From positions 53,146-117,145 of the forward strand of contig CAILIB010000015.1 of assembly GCA_903834195.1 (NCBI GenBank): a stretch of 64,000 bases of DNA. Reading direction: 5' to 3'. Below are positions 44,369 to 52,987 of the stretch, piece after piece. Origin of the DNA: an uncultured Candidatus Berkelbacteria bacterium (lineage in GTDB: Bacteria; Patescibacteriota; UBA1384; CAILIB01). Made by a program: the position numbers and the translations under genes. The notes below the pieces were generated by a model. It was given only the letters and a program-made list of their open reading frames with translations, was not told the origin of the DNA and made no database searches. How positions within the stretch are numbered: the first letter of the stretch is position 1; the number at the start of each line of letters is the position of its first letter.

Positions 44369-45790
44369 ATGTTCATGCTTAACGACGAGTCTCCAAAAAG
44401 TGCCGAAGAAGTCCCGTTACAGGCTCAGTCGGAAGTTACTGAAATATCTAGTAACCCTTTTTCTGACAAAAAAAGCGTATCCAAAGCCGGTATATTTGCT
44501 GCAGTTATTATTCTGCTAGTAATTGGTGGAGTAGCTGTATTTGCTGCTCGGAAATCTAAAACGAATAGCACGGATTCTGTTCAAGCATCTCCAACGCTCG
44601 GCGCATCGATGACTCCAGGCCAGGGTAGTCAGGGTGTAGCAGTACCACCGTCAGGAGCAATTTCTGATGTAGACAATACACTTCCTAGTTGCGGGGCAAA
44701 TCCGTTGCTTCACACCGTGCCTCTTGCTGATGATCATCTTCTTGATGTTTCGCCTCTGGGCAATATTAATCCGCCTGGGCATACAGTGCCTTCAGATCAC
44801 ATTGGTCTTGGGTTGACGGTGGTTACAACGCCTTCCAGCGACACAAACCAGCCTGGAAATGCTAAATCAACCACTATTCAGGCTTCAGTATTTGCTCCTG
44901 CTGATATCACGATTTTCAAGATTCATGCCCAAACTGTAACTGAAAATGGCAAGTCAAATAGTGATTATAGTATTTTCTATCATCCATGCCGTGAAGTTAC
45001 TATGTACAACAATCACATTCCGGTACTCAACACTGACTTGATGAGCTTTATGACCGCTCATAAGTCTGAGGCCACGTGTCAAACTCAGGCAAATACAGGT
45101 TCTACGACCAATGAGTTTTGTGATTACGCAATTACCTATAAGGCCAAAGAGGGGGCAGTTCTGGGTACGGCAGGAGGAGCTGGTCAGGCTACTGTAGGAA
45201 TTGATTACGGGTTGTATGATACTCGAACAACTCCACTCGCGTATTTAAATACTGAACTTGCGAAAACTGCTCAATCAACTGAAATTCTGCACAGTGCCTG
45301 CCCAATTGATTACTATCCAGCTGATATACAAGCCATGCTGTATGCCAAGTTGGATCAGACGGGCACAAAATCTGATCACCCTTCATGCGGAACCATTATG
45401 CAGGATAAAGCAGGAACAGTTCAGGGTAACTGGTATGTAAAGGGATCTGCTTTAGAAAACTGGCCAACGGTGTTTGCAGTTCTGCATAATTCTACCGATG
45501 CCTCAGTTGGAGTTGTTTCTATTGGTGGAACTATCGCTGACCCTGGAATGATTCGGTTCAATGTTGCTAAAACAGGAACCACAAACCTTGAACCTAGTTT
45601 AACTCAGGCTGGAACACTCTACTGCTATACGACAAATATTGCTGGGCCTAATGGTACAGTTTCAGCTACTAATCAGGTCTTGTTACAGCTTTCTGCCGAT
45701 GGAACTTTGCAAGCTGAAGATCAAGCAGGAAATTGTACGGGTAGTTTGGCGTTCAAAAGCCCAACTACGTATACACGCAATGCTCATTGA
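44369..45790 (+). CDS. membrane-anchored extracytoplasmic protein, unknown function
   Basis: 473 aa. A single N-terminal TM (AGIFAAVIILLVIGGVAVFAA) followed by a Ser/Thr/Gly-rich ectodomain. Confidence 0.45.
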   Translation: MFMLNDESPKSAEEVPLQAQSEVTEISSNPFSDKKSVSKAGIFAAVIILLVIGGVAVFAARKSKTNSTDSVQASPTLGASMTPGQGSQGVAVPPSGAISDVDNTLPSCGANPLLHTVPLADDHLLDVSPLGNINPPGHTVPSDHIGLGLTVVTTPSSDTNQPGNAKSTTIQASVFAPADITIFKIHAQTVTENGKSNSDYSIFYHPCREVTMYNNHIPVLNTDLMSFMTAHKSEATCQTQANTGSTTNEFCDYAITYKAKEGAVLGTAGGAGQATVGIDYGLYDTRTTPLAYLNTELAKTAQSTEILHSACPIDYYPADIQAMLYAKLDQTGTKSDHPSCGTIMQDKAGTVQGNWYVKGSALENWPTVFAVLHNSTDASVGVVSIGGTIADPGMIRFNVAKTGTTNLEPSLTQAGTLYCYTTNIAGPNGTVSATNQVLLQLSADGTLQAEDQAGNCTGSLAFKSPTTYTRNAH

Positions 45791-45877
45791 TTGGGTTTTC
45801 TATTAAAGAAATTAGGGTATCTCGATTAGAGCTAGACTAGTAACGTTTGCAGTAAGGTAGGCGCAGTCCTAAATACA

Positions 45878-45911
45878 GAAACGACCCTTGATATACATCG
45901 AGGGTCGTTTC
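45878..45911. terminator. bidirectional hairpin between convergent genes
   Basis: GAAACGACCCT-N12-AGGGTCGTTTC, an 11-bp perfect stem. Confidence 0.7.
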
Positions 45912-45950
45912 TTCAGCAAAAGAATAAGGGACCGCAGTTGCGGTCTCCTT

Positions 45951-46841
45951 CTAATTTTGGTGCGGCGCACGCACCTCCTGTTCAATCGGGCATCCATCAA
46001 TAAAGAGTGCTCGGTAGACAGCTTCGGCGACTTTGAGAGGAGGTGCAAATGTTGGCGGAAAACCACTCCACATATTGTCTTGTTTAGCGAGAACATCCAT
46101 GACTTTGCGAACCGATTCAGGGTCGTAGAAACCCGTATCGATGCCGCCGGGGCGAACCTCAAATGGGGTAATCCCCATATCGATGAGTTCTGCATGTATT
46201 CCTCTGACAAAGCCAGTTAGTGCGTGTTTTGCTGCAACATGTGCACTCCCGAATCTGTACCCGCGAACTCCGCTCATCGAAGTGATGAAGACGATTTTGG
46301 CGGGCAGATCTTTTTTGACCTGCTCCCGAAGGTGTGGCAGGAAATGCGTGAGTAAGCAGTGGGTTGCAACAACAATTCCTAGTTCTACTTCCAGTAATTT
46401 TGGGCTAATTTTCTCTACTGGGAGGTAGGGATTTTCGTCAGGCAGATCGTATGTTCCGGCTCCAAGTCCTAAACTTTGGATCCAGGAAAACGGGCGACCA
46501 TCCAGTGCTTTAATGATTTCAATTGCGCCAGTGTCAGTTGTTGCATCAGCCGCACAATATGAAATCAGATCTGCATTGCATCCTAAGTCGATTAAGCCGT
46601 TGCGGATGTTTTCGAGTGAATCACTATTGCGCGCTACCATGAGTACAGGTACGTCATGGCGGGAAAGGTGAGCGGCACACGCTGTGCCGATATTCATTTT
46701 GTGGTCGATACCACAAATGGGGATAGAAGTGTGGGTTGGCTCGTTGTCGTGTGTGAAAACGTGACGAACAGGTTTTGTTCCACAGCCTGTAATTACACAA
46801 GTAGTTCTTATTTGCATTTTCTTCTCAAAGTTCCGAGGCAC
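45951..46841 (-). CDS. atypical short-chain dehydrogenase/reductase-like protein
   Basis: Rossmann N-terminus (VITGCGTKP) and an SDR-like active-site region ITSMSGVRGYRFGSAHVAAKHAL, with His where the catalytic Tyr normally sits. Confidence 0.65.
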   Translation of the reverse strand: MPRNFEKKMQIRTTCVITGCGTKPVRHVFTHDNEPTHTSIPICGIDHKMNIGTACAAHLSRHDVPVLMVARNSDSLENIRNGLIDLGCNADLISYCAADATTDTGAIEIIKALDGRPFSWIQSLGLGAGTYDLPDENPYLPVEKISPKLLEVELGIVVATHCLLTHFLPHLREQVKKDLPAKIVFITSMSGVRGYRFGSAHVAAKHALTGFVRGIHAELIDMGITPFEVRPGGIDTGFYDPESVRKVMDVLAKQDNMWSGFPPTFAPPLKVAEAVYRALFIDGCPIEQEVRAPHQN

Positions 46842-46951
46842 ATTATAAGAATACAGGAAAAATATTCAATAATTATGAACTTTATTTAATTTACTATACA
46901 GTTTACAGGTTTAATGATTTGTGTTAGTATTCGTCGTAAATAACGACTTTT

Positions 46952-47707
46952 ATGAGCAAAAGTATCAATCTTACTCTTAGGGAAGCAGGTCTAAGCGCAA
47001 AAGAAGCAGCTCTCTATGTAGCAATGCTCAGTTTGGGAGAGGTCGGAATTACCGACTTAGCTGCAAAAGCAAAGTTGAAGAAGTCCACAGCCTATATGGT
47101 AGTGGAGAGTTTGAGAGAAAAAGGGTTGGTTGGTTCGTTTCGTTCCCGCTCGGGAACAAAGTTTGTGGCAACTTCTCCGAAACAGTTTTTGGACCGCGCG
47201 CAGAAACAGCTTGATGAATTACAAACTGTGATTCCTCGGCTTGAAGCTCTCCAGCGCTCACAAGGTGTAGAGCCGACCATCTCATACTATCGGGGGAAGG
47301 AAGGGTATTTTATCGCTGTTGCCGACTTCCTCAAGGTTCATAACTCAACAGTACGGCAAATGGGTTCGCTGACAGAAATTCAGAGTGTTATTGGTGCGGA
47401 GTACGATACGACGCAGATAGTGCCAGAGCGAATCAAGAATAATATCTTTTTACGTGCGCTCTACTTTCCCTCAGAAATGAACGAAGTTGCCAAACGAGAT
47501 CATACAGGGGAACTGCGCGAAATTCGCCTGATGCCAGATCAGTTCTTCCACCGTGCCTATACCATGATTTATGGTGATAAAGTTGCAATTGTGAGTAGTC
47601 GCAAGGAGCTTGTCACTGTAATTATTGAGAGTGCAGAGGTTGCAGAGAGTGAGCGGCAGAAGTTTGATTTGCTTTGGAACTTGCTGGGGGAGAGCGCTCG
47701 GCTATAG
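46952..47707 (+). CDS. TrmB-like regulator, paralog 6
   Basis: LREAGLSAKEAALYVAMLSLGEVGITDLAAKAKLKKSTAYMVVESLREKGLV; ends FDLLWNLLGESARL. Confidence 0.75.
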   Translation: MSKSINLTLREAGLSAKEAALYVAMLSLGEVGITDLAAKAKLKKSTAYMVVESLREKGLVGSFRSRSGTKFVATSPKQFLDRAQKQLDELQTVIPRLEALQRSQGVEPTISYYRGKEGYFIAVADFLKVHNSTVRQMGSLTEIQSVIGAEYDTTQIVPERIKNNIFLRALYFPSEMNEVAKRDHTGELREIRLMPDQFFHRAYTMIYGDKVAIVSSRKELVTVIIESAEVAESERQKFDLLWNLLGESARL

Positions 47708-47780
47708 TATATGCAACTAAATAGTTGCATAATAATTCTGATACTGCTACAGTAAGTCAGAAATATAGTAACCAACCCGT

Positions 47781-48215
47781 ATGCAAGACATCATCGAACG
47801 AAACATTACAGTAAAAGCGCCGAAAGAGCGTGTGTATAGCGCAATTGCTGACCCAACCCAAGTTACAACCTGGTTTCCAGATGCCGTTGAAGGGAAGTAC
47901 GAAGTAGGTGAGCAGCCAATCTTCGACTTTGGTACCGAAGGAAAAAGCCGTATCTACATCGTCGATGCTAAGCCGTTTGAGTACTTTTCCTATCGTTGGG
48001 TAGCAGGTGAAACAGGGGTTGTAGACGATGTTACAAAAGTCGCTAATACTCTTGTAGAGTTCATGATTGAGGAAATGGGCGGTGAAACTAAAGTGACCGT
48101 GAAAGAGTCTGGATTTAGCGCGTATGCCGCTGATGTTGCTCAGGAAAAGTTCGACATGAACTCTGGTGGTTGGGAGTACATGATGAACCGTCTCGAAAAA
48201 TCTCTGACAGACTAA
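47781..48215 (+). CDS. SRPBCC/AHSA1 (START-like) family protein
   Basis: ITVKAPKERVYSAIADPTQVTTWFPD... is typical of the Aha1/BPI-like SRPBCC fold. Paired with the ArsR gene. Confidence 0.7.
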   Translation: MQDIIERNITVKAPKERVYSAIADPTQVTTWFPDAVEGKYEVGEQPIFDFGTEGKSRIYIVDAKPFEYFSYRWVAGETGVVDDVTKVANTLVEFMIEEMGGETKVTVKESGFSAYAADVAQEKFDMNSGGWEYMMNRLEKSLTD

Positions 48216-48526
48216 TGCCCACAGCAGAGATTTTCAGAGCTCTTGGAGATCCAATCCGCCTCGAGATGGTGCAGCGCCTCTCGAGCGGATCTTCATATAC
48301 ACTCACGAGTGTCTCAACTAACCTTGGTATTTCTCGCCAGGGTGCGCGCAAGCATTTGGACGTGCTTCAACATGCACATATCGTTGTTTTGAAGCCGCAT
48401 GGCAGAGATGTGTTTGTAGAACTTGAGCCAGCAACATTCGACGCTGCCAAAGAGTTTATTTTGAACGTGGAGAAACAGTGGGATCGTCGATTGGCGAAGT
48501 TAAAATTGTTTGTTGAAGAGGATTAA
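48215..48526 (+). CDS. ArsR-family HTH regulator
   Basis: IFRALGDPIRLEMVQRL...LGISRQGARKHLDVL. ATG overlaps the upstream stop (TAATG). Confidence 0.8.
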   Translation: MPTAEIFRALGDPIRLEMVQRLSSGSSYTLTSVSTNLGISRQGARKHLDVLQHAHIVVLKPHGRDVFVELEPATFDAAKEFILNVEKQWDRRLAKLKLFVEED

Positions 48527-48528
48527 CT

Positions 48529-48795
48529 TTATTGCAAAGTCCAGACTTCAATGGAAATAGTATCCCCAATAGTTTTACTTGTTGCCTTCAACACAGCTTT
48601 ATTGAGCGGCAGGAAGTGAGTTCCATCTCCAGTTGGTAGGCAGGTAACTGCACATTCATGATCTTCAATTTTTGCTGTGACTTTTGTTGCCTTGCCGGTA
48701 CCAAGAAAAATCGCTGAGTCAGGCCATGTAACAAAAGTCCAACCTCCAGGTTTATCTTCTTTCATTATTTGACCTGTAAATTGTACGGTTTTCAT
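48529..48795 (-). CDS. DUF1905-family protein
   Basis: 88 aa. GGWTFVTWPD...FLPLNKAVLKA pattern. Confidence 0.65.
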   Translation of the reverse strand: MKTVQFTGQIMKEDKPGGWTFVTWPDSAIFLGTGKATKVTAKIEDHECAVTCLPTGDGTHFLPLNKAVLKATSKTIGDTISIEVWTLQ

Positions 48796-48945
48796 AGAGA
48801 ATTTTATAGTTCCAATAAGGAAAAAGAGGCAGGAGTAGGCGATCCAGGATCGCCGAGAATTGCGTGACGTTGTGTCACTGAGTTGAGAAGGATTCCTACG
48901 CCAATAACGAGATTCTTGGGTAAATTCATGTCTTTCACGTGTCTG

Positions 48946-49128
48946 CTACCACGAGATTAATCTACGGCCTTCCATATCTTGTCGGATTGACTCCATATTT
49001 CCGCATAGCGAGGTATAGAGATCTTTTAGCTCATTAATTGGAATGCAAAGTCCCAATTTTTCTGCTAATTCCTGCAAGACAGATAAGGTATAGATGTCTA
49101 CGTCCGGTTGAACCGGTGCTGTACGCAT
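48946..49128 (-). CDS. small hypothetical protein (60 aa)
   Basis: ATG 49128 is preceded by a strong SD (AAGGAGG, 5-nt spacing). The longer 106-aa ORF-track version lacks such a signal. Confidence 0.4.
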   Translation of the reverse strand: MRTAPVQPDVDIYTLSVLQELAEKLGLCIPINELKDLYTSLCGNMESIRQDMEGRRLISW

Positions 49129-49275
49129 GACTGCCTCCTTGGAGTGTTGACTCCTGTCTTCTTTTCCTTTCAAAGTGCATAGTAAATGTAACAATCCTTG
49201 TGAAGTAGCGCAAGGTTGAGTAGGTATTGGATTCGATGATAGTCTGAAAAGAGAAAACAATCGCAAAAATCAATT

Positions 49276-49584
49276 ATGGCTCCACACATCTCAGGAGGAA
49301 CTGTTCACGAACTTCCAGAAGACTTGCAAAAAGCACTTGCTGCAAGCCCTGAGTCTTTAAACATTTGGGAAAGTCTTACCCCACTAGCGCGGAATGAGTG
49401 GGTCTGTTGGTGTGTTTCAGTTAAACAGGTGCAGACAAGAGATCAGCACGTGAAGCGGGTGGTGACTGAGCTACAGGAAGGGATGCGTCGACCATGCTGC
49501 TGGATTGGGTGCATTCATCGTACTGATAAAGCAATTAGCCCATCGATACAGGGTATACTCAGTAAGCGTTCGAAGTCTACGTAA
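49276..49584 (+). CDS. YdeI/OmpD-associated family protein
   Basis: LPEDLQKALAASPESLNIWESLTPLARNEWVCWCVSVKQVQTRDQHVKRVV. Confidence 0.65.
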   Translation: MAPHISGGTVHELPEDLQKALAASPESLNIWESLTPLARNEWVCWCVSVKQVQTRDQHVKRVVTELQEGMRRPCCWIGCIHRTDKAISPSIQGILSKRSKST

Positions 49585-49634
49585 TCGGCTGAAGTCTTGT
49601 GTCACTGTTAGAATTCTAATATTGTACTAACAGG

Positions 49635-50066
49635 ATGTTTCATCTGATGTTACTGGCGAGCCTTATGGTAGCCAAAAATTCGCCGTCTTCTGAGGTTGCA
49701 AAGCCTCAATATTCTGAAAAGTATTTGCAGAGCATAGTGAGGGTGTACGCCCCAGGTGTCCCACCTGTATCCCCAAAAACCTATCACTTTAGCCCCCCAG
49801 ATAGGTTGGTTGTTGAGGCTAATGCGTCAAACGGTAGTGCGGTGCACTACACGTTTCACCTATCAAGTAAGTTCAAGGATACGCCGACAAGCGTGACGTG
49901 GTTCGAGGGTGTTCCGTTATCGATGGATGTGTTCTTCGATATTGAACATAAGACGGTCGTAAATTTCAGATATAAAGCTGAGCCGCCAGAAAAGGTGACG
50001 CCGGTACGAGGGACTGAAGTTAGGTCAAAGTCGCCTATGATGACATTGAAACGGCGTAAAGCCTAA
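49635..50066 (+). CDS. hypothetical secreted protein
   Basis: 143-aa ORF with a hydrophobic N-terminus. Confidence 0.35.
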   Translation: MFHLMLLASLMVAKNSPSSEVAKPQYSEKYLQSIVRVYAPGVPPVSPKTYHFSPPDRLVVEANASNGSAVHYTFHLSSKFKDTPTSVTWFEGVPLSMDVFFDIEHKTVVNFRYKAEPPEKVTPVRGTEVRSKSPMMTLKRRKA

Positions 50067-50102
50067 AACTGTACAGGAGACAGATTTAAGGGTCAGATTA
50101 TA

Positions 50103-50134
50103 GCCACTGAGCGAAAAGCCCAGTGGTGTTTTTT
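50103..50134 (+). terminator. rho-independent terminator
   Basis: GCCACTG-N11-CAGTGGT followed by GTTTTTTC. Confidence 0.65.
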
Positions 50135-50361
50135 CATGTGTAAGTGATGTAATGGGCTGATGTCAGTTGTTATATTCACAACTTTAGTTTGTGAAGTAGT
50201 GAAATTAAATCTAAATACTAAATTACAGGAGCTATTTATTTCATTTATGCACTAAAGATGATATACAGTATTTGAAGTAACCCCATAGTTTGTATGGGGA
50301 ATTATGCACTTCTAGCATAGGATTTTTGACAGAATCTCATGCGAAAAACCCAGGAGGGCGT

Positions 50362-50745
50362 ATGTCAACATTAGTAATCAATCGAACATTAAAGGTAGCA
50401 AGTAAAACTGCAGAGTTTCGTCAACTTTGCGTTGGCTACTCAGGCGAAAAGGATAGGTTGACCCTAGATGATGCAAAGGAACTTGCTGCGACAATCATCA
50501 AAGACGACTACAGAGGAGCTCTACTGATTCACTTCGACCCTGTCGATTTGCCAAACGAGATTGGTATCCATCTCTTGGATCTGCTGGATGATAATGATTA
50601 CGACGCGCTAATTTGGAGAGGAAATGAACTCCCTGGCGGTCAAGTTGACACAGACGAGTGTCTTGTGTTTTTCAGCTGCTTAGACGAATTTGACGATGAT
50701 GAGACCTATTCGTACAAAGAAACATTTCGAGAGCTACCCGGATAG
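50362..50745 (+). CDS. hypothetical acidic protein
   Basis: ATG 50362 is preceded by CAGGAGGG. 127 aa, Asp/Glu-rich C-terminus. Confidence 0.4.
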   Translation: MSTLVINRTLKVASKTAEFRQLCVGYSGEKDRLTLDDAKELAATIIKDDYRGALLIHFDPVDLPNEIGIHLLDLLDDNDYDALIWRGNELPGGQVDTDECLVFFSCLDEFDDDETYSYKETFRELPG

Positions 50746-50906
50746 TTCAAAGTCCAAGCTATCTTTCAGTTGATTCATACTGATCGATAGCCAAACCAGA
50801 GTCTTCAAGGATATTGAAGTTTGTGGTTTGTACCTGCAAATATGAACAGATAGATTGGTGCATCGAAACACAAATTTAGTACAGTCAGAAGTGGTACTAT
50901 TAATTC

Positions 50907-51263
50907 ATGCAGATACATAAAAACCCAACCGTAGTGCCAAGTAAAAGCGTGTTAGGTGAATACGTTTATATATTAGGTATTCTACTCATCGTAGGGGGAA
51001 TAGTGTTTGGAGTATCTAAACTTCCTGGTGCAACCAATGGGGGGATATTCCCAGAGTTATTAATAGCTGGTCCTATTACACTATTAGGCCTCATCGTTTC
51101 TACGTACGTTCTTGCTGTAATTACACTTATAGGAACAGGGTTTCTTCTCAAGCGTCAGCAGACAAAAAAGGCACTATTTTGGATAATAGTGTTTTTATAC
51201 CTTTGTTCAGCCGGCATTCTTACATATGGAGGGTATATAACGGCGGTTAACTTAAAGTTTTAA
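50907..51263 (+). CDS. small membrane protein
   Basis: 118 aa, 3-4 TM helices. Confidence 0.45.
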   Translation: MQIHKNPTVVPSKSVLGEYVYILGILLIVGGIVFGVSKLPGATNGGIFPELLIAGPITLLGLIVSTYVLAVITLIGTGFLLKRQQTKKALFWIIVFLYLCSAGILTYGGYITAVNLKF

Positions 51264-51287
51264 GTCATTTTTCAGCGTCGGATATTT

Positions 51288-52091
51288 TTACGACCAACTC
51301 TGGATAATTGCTGAATGCTCATCCTGAGATCGTGCCCACATGTATTCGAAAATATTGCGAAATGTTTCGGCAATTGATTCATTTTCTATCACTGTAATGA
51401 TCTGAGGATTACGCGTGGCGGCAAGTGCAATACAGTTATTCCAAATAAGGATCTCGGCAGGGTTATTAAGGAACTGAGGGTCTACGAGGCGGCGTTCCAC
51501 CAGAAGTTCAGGGTTATCGTTTAGGATATGCTTTTTGGTGTTAGGAAGTTCACGTCCAATAATACGATTTTTAATATGAAGGCGCGCACGTTCAAGTCGC
51601 ATTGTGCGAATGTAGGCACGCGTTTCCTCGTCATCTTGCATACTTCCTTTTGATGACACAATCGTAAGTTGCTCCTTAGTTTTCGAGCGCAAAATCTCAC
51701 CATACACAGTCTTCACTCCTTCCAAACCTTCATATATGCGAACTGACGGTGCGTTCGTTGTGGTGTTATATGTGGATACCAAATGGGGAAGAAGAGTTTC
51801 TAGAAGCGATGCATTTTCTTGAACTTGTACTTGTTGCTCGCGAATTAAGTCACGAAATTTTGCTGGGTCAGTAACTCGGTAAAGTGCTTTTGGCTTTATT
51901 TGTGATTGCTCAACAATTCCACGAGAAATAAGTGCGGTTAAGATATTATACGCACTTCCTTTTTTAGTGTTTGTCTTTTTGCTGATTTCAGCGACAGATG
52001 ACTCACCATCTTCGAGGAGGGTGGAGTATGTGATTGCTTCTTTATCAGAAAGGCCAAAACGTTGTAAGTCAGTGTTTGAGATTGATTCCAT
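51288..52091 (-). CDS. TrmB-like regulator, paralog 7
   Basis: LQRFGLSDKEAITYSTLLEDGESSVAEISKKTNTKKGSAYNILTALISRGIV; C-terminal FEYMWARSQD. Confidence 0.75.
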   Translation of the reverse strand: MESISNTDLQRFGLSDKEAITYSTLLEDGESSVAEISKKTNTKKGSAYNILTALISRGIVEQSQIKPKALYRVTDPAKFRDLIREQQVQVQENASLLETLLPHLVSTYNTTTNAPSVRIYEGLEGVKTVYGEILRSKTKEQLTIVSSKGSMQDDEETRAYIRTMRLERARLHIKNRIIGRELPNTKKHILNDNPELLVERRLVDPQFLNNPAEILIWNNCIALAATRNPQIITVIENESIAETFRNIFEYMWARSQDEHSAIIQSWS

Positions 52092-52097
52092 GTGGCT

Positions 52098-52126
52098 ATT
52101 ATATACTATTTCATTAATAATTTCAA
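52098..52126 (-). promoter_or_regulatory. promoter for TrmB paralog 7 (predicts a leaderless mRNA)
   Basis: Minus strand reads TTGAAA (52126-52121), 17-nt spacer, TATAAT (52103-52098). ATG 52091 sits 7 nt downstream. Confidence 0.65.
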
Positions 52127-52197
52127 TATATTTTGAAACTAAATATAAAAAAATATAAGATATAGATTCATATTATTATACTTATATTCAATAATAC

Positions 52198-52226
52198 TTG
52201 ACATAATATAAATGTTTTGATATAGT
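52198..52226 (+). promoter_or_regulatory. promoter upstream of the tmRNA-like element
   Basis: TTGACA (52198-52203), 17-nt spacer, TATAGT (52221-52226). Confidence 0.65.
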
Positions 52227-52317
52227 GCTACCAGCAACGGTGAGGGAAACCTCTAGCGACAGTTCCACCTTATTAAATACCAGGTACGGCATCGCTAAAA
52301 TCTCTCGCCGAGCGCAT

Positions 52318-52453
52318 GGGGACGAACGGGTTCGACAGATGATGTTTGGGTTAGTGTGGGGTGGTGCCCGGTCTGGGTAAATGCCTATACAACAACCAGG
52401 CTGCTAACCGCCGCGTCGTTTGGAAGCGAGTTCAACTCTCGCCGTCTCCACCA
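52318..52453 (+). ncRNA. ssrA: miniature tmRNA-like RNA (complete tRNA-Ala-like domain, only 136 nt)
   Basis: GGGGACG/CGTCTCC acceptor with G3:U70, GGGTTCGAC 5' element, T arm GCGAG-TTCAACT-CTCGC, discriminator A plus CCA. The possible tag region ends ...CAGGCTGCT. There is no space for pseudoknots PK2-PK4. Confidence 0.6.
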
Positions 52454-52506
52454 AATTTTTACAAACAGAGACAAGAGGATAGATATATGGACGAAAAAAA
52501 GAAGTT

Positions 52507-52830
52507 ATGTCCAAAACATATCGAATCATTGTGTCAAATGGCTGGGTAGTGATCGAGTTTCAAAAGTACGGTGTCTATCGGATTACTGATAACAGTATGA
52601 AGGTAAACATCGACTATGAGACACCCGATCTGGGGTATGGCAAATGGGATAATGAGGTTGTGAATGAAGACGATGATCTCGACTTTTTACACTATCTCGG
52701 AGTTTCACGACGCCTTCGATGGAAGGAGGTTATAATGACCGACAGAACCATCTATGCCCCCAGCCTTGAACGGTTACAAGAAGCTCTTCGACATGTCGTC
52801 TTTAAGGCATACAACGAAGACGATCTCTAA
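52507..52830 (+). CDS. hypothetical protein (107 aa)
   Basis: ORF with weak SD, followed by a terminator. No family recognised. Confidence 0.4.
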   Translation: MSKTYRIIVSNGWVVIEFQKYGVYRITDNSMKVNIDYETPDLGYGKWDNEVVNEDDDLDFLHYLGVSRRLRWKEVIMTDRTIYAPSLERLQEALRHVVFKAYNEDDL

Positions 52831-52843
52831 TCGTTCACTGCCA

Positions 52844-52873
52844 CCGCGGGGAGTTTCTCTCTGCGGTATTTTC
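52844..52873 (+). terminator. rho-independent terminator
   Basis: CCGCGGGGAG-TTT-CTCTCTGCGG (10 bp, two G:U pairs) followed by TATTTT. Confidence 0.7.
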
Positions 52874-52883
52874 ATATAAAAAT

Positions 52884-52906
52884 ATGCCACCGTCTCCTGG
52901 TGGCAT
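52884..52906 (-). terminator. hairpin terminator for minus-strand gene 52988
   Basis: ATGCCACC-GTCTCCT-GGTGGCAT. The T tract is on the minus strand (ATTTTTAT). Confidence 0.6.
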
Positions 52907-52987
52907 GTAGATGTTTAGGCTTCTTCATCGCCAATTCTTTGGCGGATAACCTGATGTCGCACATGGCGACGGGTTATCCTTCTTCTA

